A stretch of 64,000 bases of DNA from Lama glama (lineage: Eukaryota): NCBI GenBank assembly GCA_028534125.1, contig CM052817.1, forward strand, positions 71,860,001 through 71,924,000, read 5' to 3'. The notes under the pieces are model-generated. The model was not told where the DNA came from and made no database searches. It saw only the letters and a list, made by a program, of their open reading frames with translations. A program made the translations under genes and the position numbers. Numbering within the stretch: the first letter of the stretch is position 1; the number at the start of each line of letters is the position of its first letter. Below, in pieces: positions 50,286 through 62,883 of this stretch.

Positions 50286-53200
50286 CTACAGGTTACTCTT
50301 TAAGATAAGTTAAAAGTTGCTGTCTGTGCTCCCCTCCAGCCTGCAGCCGGTTGGCTTTAGCTTCAGGGCCACTGCTGGCCTTGGGACGGTGCACACCCTG
50401 GTCTACCTACTGGAGAGCCTTCCTGTGAGCATTTCTTCGGTTCAGCTGCCTTGATCCCTGGGAGAATTTCATGAGCTAAAAATCCGTCAGTGTTTCCATT
50501 TACCAAGTTGCTATTTGATCGCTCGATAATCTAACCATCCCAAATTGCCCTCAGCTGAAACGTAGCACATGTCTTGACAACCCCAGATGCAATTTTTTTT
50601 AATTGAAAATGGTTGCTGATTTTTGATTTACGTGTAAAAACAACAATGTACAAGTCCCATGATTCAGCTCTTTGGCACGATTCTCAGATGATTTACTGTC
50701 AGTTATGACCATGTGATACCACTGCTTTCTACAAGGCCAGTAAATGTCACGGGTTGAAGGTGGTTAGGGTCTGGGAGAAATCTTCCCAATGCAGTATGGT
50801 TTATATTTCTGTTCAGCATTCCATAGGCGGATCTGAGACTCAAGTGGTATAGGATTATGTGATGGGAAAATGAGGACTAGTTTGTTGTCAAAATAGGGAA
50901 GAATTAAATGATTTAAGAATGTGAAGTGGAGATGGCAAAATAGGAACTCGCATTTCTCGGCATTACTGGCTGAACATTTGTTTAAGGACAGGCCCGGACC
51001 TATACAGAAGTGTGAAGCAGAAGTCTGTTCTCAGTTCCACTCTCCTTTCCCATTCCAACACTTTTTTTTGTGTCTCTCCCCACTCTTTCCCGCCCTCCCT
51101 TGTTACTATGTCCCCAGCGATGTCACGTCTGAGTCACTGGCATTAAGGACTTTCTTATTTTAACTTTGTATGAAGAAGAGGATTTCAAGAATACTTTCGG
51201 TATGTTACAGCACATATGCACTAGTTTTTAGCACTGAGGATAAGACAAGTCCTGTTTAAGGTTATCACTTTTCGAAAATAAAACTATTATTTTGTCTAGC
51301 TTCCAACTCCAATAATAAGAGAAAAAGATAGTTATGAAATGTATACAAATTTACAAAATTAACAGAGTAGTTGAATTTCGCACTGAAAAATAGTATCGGT
51401 AGCTACATTTAAAATGCAACTGTGCACAGCATTCATAAGCATGGAAATCAACAATTAAATAAATTCTTTTAAGTATCTTAAGCACTGTTGTAAACATTAG
51501 GTCCCTTACAATGGAAATGTAACAAGGACAGACTAAAAAGATATTTTTCTTACTTTTTAAGTAACTCGGGACAGTTTTTAGAGAGTTTGGGGTAGTGGCA
51601 TGAATATTTTGAGTCAAAAAATATTAATATGAATTCTGACTTCTCTGTCTTTTCTTGCTTGCCTTTGGAGTGTGAACTATCTAAATGAGATGCCCAAAAG
51701 CAGGAGAAAAATAAGAAAATTGCTGTGATTCTCCACCAACAAAACCACCTCCCCCAAATAATTGAAATTGCTGCTCTAGGCAGGAAATATAAATGTCTGA
51801 GCAACCACGTTCTTGGTAAGACTGAAAGCTTTCTAATGGGATCTTTTCCCTTAAATTCTGCAAACATTTCTGGAAGATCAGTTAAAAATTAATTATCACT
51901 CATGTAAAAGTTTGCACTGATTCAATTAATTGGTAGCTAGATGCCCACTTGCTGTGTTGTTCTAAAACAAATACTTATAAAATGTCAATTAGTACATCTC
52001 TATATTTTATACTCAGTTTGTCCCCTCCTTAGTAAATAAAGCATAATTAGGATTCCATCGAAGTGGTAAATGGAGAAGATTATCTGTAGTCAATCTTATG
52101 TACCTATGTCTGCCAGTTATTTTAAACTTGTTCCTGTTGCATCCTGCCTTTGAGAGACTGTTTTCTTCAGATTTTATTTCATGTCTGCCTTGGTCAGTGT
52201 TTTCTGAGACAATATGTTCTTGAGTTGCCTGGAGGCCCCCCAGTTAAATGCCACTTTGTAATGAGACTTTCTTTGGTCACTGGACTCGTCTCTGAAGTTG
52301 TTAAAGCCTGCAGATGGCTGAGTGAGGCAACTATATTAAACTACAGCAAATTGAATTTAGGTGCTAAAGCTATGTTTGAAATTTATGGGAGTGCTTTTCT
52401 GTGAGTTTATTTATTTTTCAAGGATGGTGGGTCATCCCTCCCAGGAATGCCTGGCCGGCCACTTTTGATAAGTCAGAACTACTCTAGACTGACCACCCCC
52501 CACCCCAAAGCAGAGTCTGGCTTCTCTGCACACAGTGAAAGGTGAACACTGTACTTAATTTGAAATCTCATCTTTCAGTCAACCCAAGATGTTGCTATGT
52601 TTCTGAACAATTCATTGGGTGTGTACTTAGATAATAAAAACTTATTTTAATACTATATAAGTAAAAGACAATTATGCTTATTTCACAAAATTTATATAAT
52701 CTTGTGTAGAGAATGTTTAATGTACCTGTTCCAACATTTCTCCACTGATGCTGATAATAGATGGTTGATTTTATAATGAGTTTAAATGAACTTAATTTTC
52801 ACACATTTGATGTATAGGGGTTTTTTTGGGAGGGAGCGGTGAATTCTATTAACACCTTGATCGCCCACTGTGGATCAGGTGTGTTTCCTGCAAGGCTCGA
52901 ATTCACACTACACCCCAGTGTTATGCACTAACAATATATATACTTTTAAGTAATCTGTTTGTTTTTCCAATATAATTGGAATTATTAAAAAATTTATATT
53001 CTTCTTTTCAATTTTCAAGCTCTCTACAGTTTTATTTCTTCTTGGAATGTCATTATTCTGCACAGAATAAATTTGGAATAAATTCTGCATAATTGGATGA
53101 AGGAAAACACCACCCATATCTGGGTGATGGGGCTCCTGAGGAAATACAACTGTCACCCAGGTGTGGGTGACATGGTGATCAACGTGTTAGGGAAATTTAT

Positions 53201-53899
53201 CACCACTAACTAAGAGGAATTACAAGGGTTTTGGGGTGAGTTCTATAGCTCAATCTAAGTCATGGTATGATGCAGAGAGAACCTGAAAACTCTGTAAACT
53301 CCAAGTTTAGTGGGTGTGCAAGCCCCAGGCCCAGTGGACCAGGAGGCAAGCTCCAGCTTCACTCTGCAGCAGAGGGATGTTATTCGGAGCTGTGCTCTCA
53401 AGGGGACACCAAAACTACCATGCACAAGTAGGACACGCAAGTGGTTACGGCGCCCTTGAGAGGTGTGATCTTTGAGCTGCAAGCCTGGGGCTAGACTTGG
53501 GTGTTGATTGCTCCTGGACCACTGGAGGGATGACTCCTCTGGCAGTTGGAATGCCTCTCAACGGTGGCCAAAAATAATTTCAGCACCAGGGGCAGGTTTA
53601 TTTTGGCTAGATGCCACAATCGAATGGTCTGCAGAGATGTCTACAGCTGTTCCTCAAAGTTGCAGTAAGGAGGAAGAATGCCCTGCCTTTCCAGTGCCTC
53701 TTCTTTTCACAATTGCAAGAGTTAGAAGAACTGACCTTGTTGTGCTAGTGGCACACTTAAATGTTCCAAGTGTGAGGACTACTGTAGGGACAAGAAGGTA
53801 TACTACCTGACCTTGCCTCCTAGACCTGAGCCGACTCCAAGGTGGACCTAGCTTAGTGGAAATGTGACATTATTAAGACCTCTTCAAAGAGAATCTTGC

Positions 53900-53988
53900 A
53901 GGATGGGAATAGCTCACTGGTAGACCATATGCTTAGCAAACATGTGGTCCTCTGTTCAATCCCCGGTATCTCCATTAAAAAAAAAAAG
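53900..53988 (+). mobile_element. tRNA-derived camelid SINE (Vic-1 type)
   Basis: atagctcactggtagaccatatgcttagc...gttcaatcccc...tccattaaaaaaaaaaa. Confidence 0.85.
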
Positions 53989-54494
53989 ATATAAAATGGA
54001 ACTTTATACTTGACAAAAAGTATTTCTTTTCAGGATGCCAAGAAAGATGTCAATCCAGATTTTCTTGGGGTCTATGAATCTCCCTTCCTTTTTGACATTT
54101 TTGGAAGATGGAAAAATTTCTTTATACCCTTCAATTATTCTTTAGTTTGTAATAGACACCATCCCCAACACCTCTGCTGTCTTTCAGGCAGCATTAGATC
54201 TTGGTTCTTTATTTTTCTTTTTTTTTTGTGCTGTAGGGCAGAAATGCACCCACAAAAGGAATATATTAGGTAGGGAAAGAAGCTAGTTCTTTCATTAAGT
54301 GATGTCTCTCTCTTGATGTTATCTTCTTTCATCTAATAACCAGATTTGGCAGCAGGCTAGAGTGGGTTAAAGTGCAGGTTTCTGTTGCTGCTTCCAAGTC
54401 TCTTCCAAATGGACTAGAGGAACGACTTCAAAGCTCTAGATCTTGTCAGAGTTCTGTCAAGGCTGCAGGAGCAGTTTATAGTTAAAAAAAAACC

Positions 54495-55575
54495 CAACAA
54501 CTTTATTTTAGGATAGTTTTAGATTTACAGGGAAATTGCAAAGACAGTACAGAAAATTCTTACACGTCCTACACCCTGTTTTACCTGTTATTAACATCTT
54601 ACAGTGTATTTGTTTTAATTCATGAACCAATGTTTACACAGAAGCATTAGCTAAATTCTCTACTATATTCCAATTTTCTAAGTTTTTACCTAATTGTCTT
54701 TTTCTCCACCATCCCATCCAGGATACTACATTACATTTAGTCATCATGCTTTCTTAGACTCCTCTTGGCTGTGACAGTTTTTAAGGCTTTTCTTGTTTCT
54801 GATGACCTCGACAATTTTGAGGAATACTGGAATACTGGTCAGATATTTTGTAGAATGTTCCTCAACAGGGATTTGTCTGATGTTTTTCTTATGACTAGGC
54901 TGAGACTACGCGTTTTGGGGATGATGATTCCAGAGGAAGGGTATCACTTTCATGGCATGATATCAAGTGTACATACCGTCCACATGACTTGTCAGAGTTG
55001 ATATTAACCTTGATCACTTGCTTGAGGTAGATTTGGTCAGGCTGGTCCACTGTAAAGTGACTGATTTTTTTCTCTTTTCCATACTATCCTGTTTGGGAGG
55101 AAGTCACTAAACACAGCTTATCTAAAGGAGATTATTATTACAAACTAAGAAATTGCAGGCGTTTAGGCCCGAGTTATATAGCTTTCTCCATGTCCTGGGA
55201 TGACGCAGGAGTGGGAAGCTAGGCTCCACCTCCTTGAGGGTGGAGCATCTACATAAATTATTTGGAATTCTTCTGCTGGAAGATTTATTTATTCTCCCCC
55301 TGTATTTACTTACTTACTTACGTCAGTATACACTTACAGATATTTATTTTCAACTCTGGGTTATAACCCAATACTACTTTGTTTCTTAAAATGTTCTACC
55401 TTTGGCCATTGGGAACTCTTTCAGGTGGCCCCTATGTCCCTTTGACATGCTCCATCTCTGTTTTCCTGTTTTTATTTGAGCACTTCCTTACTTTCTGGCA
55501 CTATAAGATGCCCCAGGCTCCTTTTGTATACTTCCTGTTCCAGTCCTAGAATCAGCCATTTCTCTAAGGAGCCCT
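54495..55575 (-). mobile_element. L1MC 3' end
   Basis: tagttttagatttacagggaaattgcaaag...ccaggatactacattacatttagtcatc...atcagccatttctctaaggagccctg. Confidence 0.9.
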
Positions 55576-55931
55576 GATCAGACCAGTTTTTAAAGAACTG
55601 CATTTTTTGCATTCTCTCTAAGTCTTCCCTGTGTTTGGTGTATGCAACAGATGCTTTTTGCTTGGTTGATATTGAAACAGATTTTTTTTTTAATTACAGA
55701 GATGTTCAAACATATATAAATGCTAATGGGCAAAGGGCAATGAAGCCCCATTTAGCCCTCGTCCAGCTTGGACATGATCACCTTATGGCCAATATTATTT
55801 TATTTCTACTTTGCTCCACTTCTCCTTACATCCCAAACTCGTACTATTTCATCTATTAATATTTCAGCAATATCTCTAAATAATAATAATTCTTAAAACA
55901 TGACATATATAAAAGAAACTTAATGACTATT

Positions 55932-56438
55932 TGGGTGGTAAAAGATTAAAAGTGATTTGATTCTCCTCCGCCACGCGGTCAGGTGTGGGTCCCCTCCCGT
56001 CGAATCTGGGTGGGCTCTGTGGCTTTGCTACAGCAGAGGAGATGCTGTAGCAGCTTCAGGGTCCAGGCCTTAAGACCGTCTATTCCCTTTCTCTTGGAGC
56101 AATTTTTCTGGTAGTCTTGAATTTCATATAACAAATTTAACTACCTTGAGACAGCTGTGATGGAGAGGCATGTGCAAGTGCTCCAGTCAACGGTCCCAGC
56201 TGAGCCCAGCCTTCTAGGCTTTGCTGCCAAGGCACCAGATGTGTGAGTGAAGCCATCCTGGACCATCCGGAACAGCCCACCTGACGCCTCCGTTGACAAC
56301 ATGTTGAGCAGACAGATCGTCCAGGCTTCCCCTGCTGGATTTCCTAACTCAAAAGATTCTGAGGTATATTCAAATGGTTATTGTGTAATCCACTAAGTTT
56401 TGAGGTGCTTTGTTGGGCAGCAATAGATAACTGAAATG
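55932..56438 (+). mobile_element. MLT1 (G/H-like) solo LTR
   Basis: gaatctgggtgggctctgtg...ggcaccagatgtgtgagtgaagccatc...ccactaagttttg...gcagcaatagataactg. Confidence 0.85.
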
Positions 56439-56787
56439 GCAGCCTTTTAAAATTTGCATGCCCAGTGTTTTACTTTGAGCATAAGTCTCTTGGGAGTGTG
56501 ACTTACCTGTCCCTTCGAGGGTCTTTTTGAAATTGTGTGGATTCATTTGCCACGTAAACAGTTTTGAATATTTCTTACCTTTGTTTTTAATGTAATTTAT
56601 TTAATTACATATTTATATAGTTTACAGTTTTAATAATAACTGTCACAAGATTTCTCAAAATGTAACAGTTGGCTTTCTTCCCTTTGGAGTAATGGCTTCG
56701 GTACGTTCCTGATTGACAGTCTCCTCTTGATCAGTTTGTGCTGATTTTATCTCCATCCTCAGCTCTGGCAAAACACTTAAGTTACCT

Positions 56788-57110
56788 GACTTTGGAGTCA
56801 GAGTTGGTGGGAGTCAAAGAAGGGGATATTTAAAGATTTTAAAGGCAGTGGTGACATCATTCACAGTATCTTATAGGTGTACAACTTACCAAGCACATTG
56901 ACATGCACAATTGATGTATTCAACTATCTTTGCCTGCAGAGATAGTTGCCTGGCTTTGTGCCTTGGTGGTGTGACCCTGGGTAAATTACTTAATGTTGAG
57001 TCCGGTTGCCTCGTATGCAAAATGCGGACAACCGACTGTACCCTAAAGGGCTGTTGTGGAGGACTGAACGCAGGGAAACACGAACAAAACTCTGCATTGT
57101 CAGCTCTAGG
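56788..57110 (+). mobile_element. MIR SINE interrupted by the inverted insertion
   Basis: gactttggagtcaga [138-bp insert] cctggctttg...gtgtgaccctgggtaaattacttaa...gggctgttgtggaggac. Confidence 0.75.
56805..56942 (-). repeat. 138-bp inverted duplicate (derived copy) of 59121-59258
   Basis: Reverse complement matches 59121-59258 at 137/138 bases and interrupts a MIR. Confidence 0.97.
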
Positions 57111-59120
57111 ATTATTCCAATTATGTGGTTTTCTCATAAAACATATGAACTCATTTTGGCAGTAGTGCTGTTAAAATTCACAGCAATGGAAAGAAAGCCA
57201 GCCTTTCTTAGGTGGTGAGATGAGGGAGATTTTTCTGTCTTTGGTTCTTGTTTTGGCTGCGCTGGGGACTTGGGCTTTAATCTTGGCAGGGAGGTGTGGA
57301 GGGCGTGGAGAGAGGCGAGGGGAAGGCTTGCGAGTGCCTGAAGAAGGACGTTAGCAGAAAGGAGCACTGACTTCCAGCACACGACGATGCTTGATGTGCC
57401 CATCCTCCGGTGAGGTGTTTGGGAGAGAATTATATAGTCTGCCTTTTGCAGACTGGCAGACTGAAGATAAAAGAGCTTACAACTTGCCCCAGGATCATCC
57501 TAGCAGGAACGGAAGGAGAACGGCAGAAATATTCAGCACGGCTTTTTGTTAATGGATTCACTCCAGTACTCAGGCCATGCAAGTTCTTTAATTTCCCCCA
57601 AACCATAGCCTTAAATGAGGCCTATTTCAGGCAGAGACACTAATCCAGCCCTGAGGTGGAATAATTCCTCCTCAGCACCCTCCTTTGATGTGTAGCTGAT
57701 ATGGAACTGAGTGCCAACATATGTTTGTACAAATATACTGGCAAATGTAAGCAGCCTACTGCTAATTACTACACTCTGAACCTCATGTGAAGTTTGAGTG
57801 ATGCCTCAAGGAACTGGAATCTAAGAAAATCATATACATAAATGTATATTTTTTTCAAATGTTAGCAAAAATGGGTTAACTTCTTTGTGGTTGAAACTGG
57901 AAGACACGAATTACCTTGTCTTCTCCAATTTTGGGCAATAACGTTCTTACTTACGGAATTCAGGTCAAACAGTTGTCTAGCAGAGATTGAAGCATTGTAG
58001 ACACTTCTAATATGACAACAGGCAGCTTAAATGTAAAAAGCTAAGATTGCTTAAAATTTGGAAAATGAAAATAAGAACAATACAATTTAAACTGACTCTA
58101 TATGAAACACAGAGAGTGACTGAAACCACAGGCCACCAATTAAAAATCATTTATCGGCAGGGAACAGAGTTACTGGGTTGAAAACAAAGAGTAGGGAGCC
58201 CTGTGGGAACTTCAGAGTGGCCTGTCCTGCGCATTCAAATTCAAATCATTTCTGAGTACCGGGCTGGCTTAGCAGAGTTGAGAAGGCCAGAGAGCAGGCC
58301 TTTGTCCTCCACGGGGTGACCCTTTGATTTAAAGATAGTTAAAAAAAACCAGTGTTTTCATCATTTTACTACATGTTTCAAACTAAAACATTTTAAAATT
58401 TGAATGAATACAATTTTACATTAATTTTTGCTCATGTTAATGGTTGATTTAGTTGGCCATCAAATAGCATTTCTACTTTTAAAATATGTAGAATTATTCT
58501 ATTGATCAATTTCTGAAAGTCTTAGATTTCAAGTATAGAAACAGTGTAGAATGATTTCTTTTTTACAAAAATGAAATGTTTGCATTTTGTGGCTTATGGA
58601 AAAAACTGTCAGAAACTGAAACAGATACCGAAAGGGAGAAAGAGTGTCTGCAGAGGTGGCTTACTGTCCGCTTCTGGGATGGACTGATTTTTGCTGGTCA
58701 GTTGGCAAGATGGGGAAGATTAGAATGTTTGATCATTGTGCTTCAGTGGAAGCAAATTGCAAGGATACAATTTGATATCCTTAAATCTAGATATTTGGAT
58801 CAAAATTTTTAAATTTGGTTTAGTTGCAATGAAGATGTCTAAATTGAAAATACAGAAAACAAAAGCAATTCTATTTCTTTAAAATGTAAACAAGCTAGTG
58901 GAATAACTTTCACTAATTCATCAGCTAAATTGCTGGCTAAGTAATTGAATAAAAATTGTGGTTTAGGTTTTTAGGAAGTGTGTATCAGTGAAAAGAAATG
59001 ATGGATTTGTATTTTAGTGTTTGGATTTACATGGTTGTTTCTAAATTTCCCAAGTGTACCTAAATGTAGATTTTTCCTCTTGATTTTTTGAATTTGTAAT
59101 CACTTCACTAAATTTCTCTT

Positions 59121-59258
59121 TCTCTGCAGGCAAAGATAGTTGAATACATCAATTGTGCATGTCAATGTGCTTGGTAAGTTGTACACCTATAAGATATTGT
59201 GAATGATGTCACCACTGCCTTTAAAATCTTTAAATATCCCCTTCTTTGACTCCCACCA
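59121..59258 (+). repeat. 138-bp source copy of the inverted duplication
   Basis: Continuous with the upstream polypyrimidine tract and with the downstream L2, so this is the native copy. Confidence 0.95.
59130..59173 (+). other. Candidate 44-nt exon, probably non-coding or UTR
   Basis: Branch-like cactaa (59106-59111), acceptor tttctctttctctgcag|, consensus donor TTG|GTAAGT. No expression evidence. Confidence 0.45.
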
Positions 59259-62200
59259 CTTATTTTCCCAGCTCAATTGCTCTAGTACACCCGTTGTAAC
59301 AATTCTTCAATGTCATGGAGACCTCCAGCCCATCGACCCTACATGCCCTATCCATCAGTTTCCCCGTCTTCATTTCCTTTCTTGTCCAACATAATGTCAT
59401 GGTCCATCATTATTATCACTCCCTTGCTAATGCCCTAAACTCCCTTGCTCCTCTTTTCCTTCTTCACATTTGACTGGCAAAGACTCAACCCTGATTGAAC
59501 CCAACCATTCCCTTGAAACTGGGGGAAAAAAATTCACAGTAAAGCTGACTTATTCAGTTTTAAACTCTTGACCATCAACTTCAGATGGGCTTGAACACAG
59601 TCCAGAAATTCTTTGATTTTTCCTCTTACTGTTGGGTCCAAATATTAAACACCATTGCTCTGATTTGAGAAAAAAAAGTGAATATTTATTTTCTGTAACT
59701 GATGTCATCTCCCCCTCCCAGGTCTCAGTGGCAGAAGCAAAAATTGGGGAGATGAGATATTGGGTAGGGGAACCTTGGATATAAAGTTTAATGAATGGAA
59801 TCTCAATTTCAGATTTCATTGCTTTAGACAACATTTAGGTTCTTGGTCTTTCAAATCTCTTGGCTCTTTCTAGCTCCTTTTCATGATGGGTTCTAGATAG
59901 ATGAAGCAGCGTACCTGATTTTATGATAGAGGGCAAGAAGACCCCAGACTCACTGAAACTCTAGATCCCTGTTGTCTTTGCTGGGTTGGAGAGGTGTCTT
60001 ATCTGTATTGATCCTTGGCCCTTTGCACTGGAACCCACTGAAGTGTGTCTGATCTCTTGTGTCATTTTGGAGATATTCTGTGTGCACCTGTTTGTGAAAT
60101 CTATAGTCTTAGCCAATGATGTGGTTGCCCAGATCTCACGCTTTGTGGTCTCTTTTTTAATGGTGCTGGGTCTTCTGGTCAACCAGCCCTCTCAGTATCT
60201 TTATATCTGCATATATTCCACATGAGCTTTAAGAAACCAGTAGTAATATGTGTGCAATTTGTTCCAGGTGAATTGGACATGGTGCTGAGACAAATGAGGG
60301 ACTTGTGCCTGAGGTGTGTGTCTCCAAGCTCTGCCTGGAGAAGCAGCCTGCTGTCTCTAATGTTCTCCAGTGCCTCTCTACCCATCAGAATGTTCTTACA
60401 GCCGCCACTGCTGGGTTCCCATGTGGAGTGGGAGGAAAGACAAAGACCTTGCTCTACCTTTTCCCTTTCTCATTTCCACATTCTTCTAGGGCTGGATCAG
60501 CTGGGCTTCTCTTCTTCTCCTCATGTGGCAGGGACTTTTCCTGTGCCCTATCTTGAGTTTCTCTACTGATAATAAACTTGATGATCAAATCAGCCAGACT
60601 GGCTTTTGATGCATTATTGAGAGTTTAAGGAATTAAAAAAATTTTTTTCTCTTGATAAAGTCTGTTTTTTCAAACTTATGGTATTATTAGGGATTCAACT
60701 GAACATTTGTTGCTTTCTTTCTATTCCTGTTATAATTGTCCTCATCTCCACCCTCCTGTGCCCCTTGGCACTTACTCTCCCTTGTAGATGGATACTGCTG
60801 AGTAGAGAGACGGTCACGTCCATGGAAATTCAAGAGAAAGGCACATTAATAATTGTAATCCTAGTTACACTATTCAGTTTACTTTTCTACTCTACACGAT
60901 GACTATTTTGTCTGTCTGCTTGTTCCTCAGAGGTCTCATTACCTCTCCCCACTTCCCTACCCAGTTCTCAGCAGAAGACTCCATCTCATGTATCACTGAG
61001 AAAAATTACAGTCATCAGAGAACTCTCACTGCTAAATCTATAAATAACCTGAATCTCTTTCTTTCTTAGAGAAATATGGAAAGAAAGAGAGTTAATTCTT
61101 TCATCAAGGGACAATCCCTCCAATTTTGCTTGGGATCTCATTCCTTCTTGTCTTTTAAAACACTTCAGTCCTTCCTTTATCTTTTACATTGTGAATAGCT
61201 TTCTTTCTATTGCATTGTTCTCATCAATATAAAAGATGCTGTAATAGTTTTCTTCTTAAAGAAAAAAAAAAACCCACTAACCCCTTATCTCCCTCAGTTC
61301 TCAATCTGCGGCTTCATTTCTCTGTCACTCTCTCTGGCCACGTTACTCAAAAAGTAATCCGCCTGTGCTCTTACCCTTTCTCACTTTCTATTCAGTTTTT
61401 GGGCCACTCGAATCTGGCATGGATCTCTACCATGTCAATGAAACTGATCAGGCCAAATTCAGTGTGCACGTTTCTGTTCTCATCTCACTCAACTTCCTGG
61501 CAGCATTCAGCACCGTTGATCAGTTTCTTCTTCTGGAAACATTTTTCTATCTTAGCATCCATGGTGTCACACTCTTCTGGCTTCTTACTCTTTCTGTTGA
61601 TTCAACTTCTAAATGTTGGAGCTCCACAGGGCTTGATCCAACCTTCAATTTTTCCCCATACTTTCTCCCAACAGTGATCTCCCCTAACTTCATGACTTCA
61701 AATATCATATATGCTAGAAGTTTTCACATTTGCATCTTCTCTCCAGACTTCTCCTCTGAGGTACAGACTCAAATATTCAGACTATTTTCTTGAATATCTC
61801 TATTTGGAGGAATCACAGGCATTGTAAGCTTGACATGGCTAACACAATTATGGATTTACAATCCCTCATCACCCAATAAATAATCTTCTCCTGTCTTCCA
61901 CATATCAGTCATAATGCACACATACTCTAGACCCTTAATCCAGAAATCTGGTTTTCTTTCTGAATCTTCTAGCTAATTCTTCTCAGTGTCTTGCGTGTTT
62001 TCTTTTCTTGGTGAGTCTTTAGTGATGTTTTGACGTAGCATCATTTCTCTCTTCATTTGCATGTTTCTCCCTAATCAGTTGGATCTACTCCTATGGCTTC
62101 ATTGTCATGATACGTTGATGACTTTCTATATTCCATCTCTAACCCAGGATTTGCTGCTGAAATTGAGACTCTTATATTTAAATACTTAGTTATCACTTTT

Positions 62201-62580
62201 ATTATGATGTTCCACAGGAAATTTCAGATTATTCTATCCACAATAGAATTTGCTACATTTCCCCAGTAATCTGTGTTTCTTTCTTGATCCCTTTCTCAGT
62301 GAATGATACTAGCACCGAATAGAGTCACAGCTAAAATCTTGGGTACCATTCTTGATAAGTTGTCCCTGTATTATTCACATTAAATCCATCAGAAGGTTCG
62401 GTCTCCTCAACTTCTATAATGTATCACAAATTCATCAGCTCATCTTCATGTCTTTTGAGATCACCCTGAAACAGATCTTTCTAATTTCTTGCTTCATTTT
62501 CATTTTCCATTTCATTCTTCAAGAAGCCAGAGTGATTTCTAAGAAAGCAAATAGAATCATGTTATTCTCTTGTTTAAAGC
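59200..62580 (+). mobile_element. Long L2 LINE, split between about 59612 and 60856
   Basis: catggtccatcattattatcactcccttgctaatgccctaaactcccttgc...; resumes with aatcctagt...gatgactatt; later cagcattcagcaccgttgatca. Confidence 0.8.
59770..60385 (-). pseudogene. Degraded intronless TRIM-family (RING, B-box, coiled-coil) retrocopy
   Basis: ICLSTMSNSPGTNCTH keeps the RING C-x11-C-x-H spacing; KKETTKREIWATTSLAKTIDF resembles the post-RING helix; LQW/F.C/AKDQ is a B-box remnant; ALYHK...YLEPIM/KELERAKRF resembles TRIM60 ASYHRE...LEPLRNNIERVEK. Many frameshifts. Lies inside an insertion splitting an L2. Confidence 0.5.
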
Positions 62581-62736
62581 CATTAATTTTTGTATTAACT
62601 TCATCAATCTGCAGTCGTTTCCTTTATTCATTTGTTTATCTGCCTGTGATGATAATTCCCCACTGAAATTGATGCTCCATGTGAACAAGGCCATATCTGC
62701 TATGTGTTGTTTCTCAATTATCAACATAAATGACTT

Positions 62737-62883
62737 GGGGGGAGGATATAGCTCAGTGGTACAGTACCTGCTTAGCATACATGAGGTCCTGGGTTCAGTC
62801 CCCAGTGCCTCCATTTAAGTAAATAAATAAATAAATAAATAAATAAACCCCTGATTATTTGTCCTCCCCCAATTAAAAAATAA
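62737..62883 (+). mobile_element. tRNA-derived camelid SINE (Vic-1 type) with target-site duplication
   Basis: ggggggaggatatagctcagtggt...(TAAA)n; TSD aacataaatgact (62723-62735) / aacatagatgact (62884-62896). Confidence 0.92.

Noticed and set aside
53185..53800. Possible old LTR or exon-like block
   Set aside because: LTR-like end (tgttaggg) but family not recognised and ORFs uninformative.
56805..59258. DNA transposon with 138-bp terminal inverted repeats
   Set aside because: No TSD or transposase, and each arm is embedded in unrelated older repeats (MIR, L2); a templated duplication fits better.
61210..61793. 155-aa and 142-aa ORFs
   Set aside because: Within the L2; LNFLAAFSTVDQ is a decayed L2 reverse-transcriptase motif, not a host gene.
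62737..62815. tRNA-like sequences (also 4690-4760, 11185-11255, 53900-53975)
   Set aside because: A-rich tails, a TSD at one copy and mutual divergence show they are SINEs, not tRNA genes.
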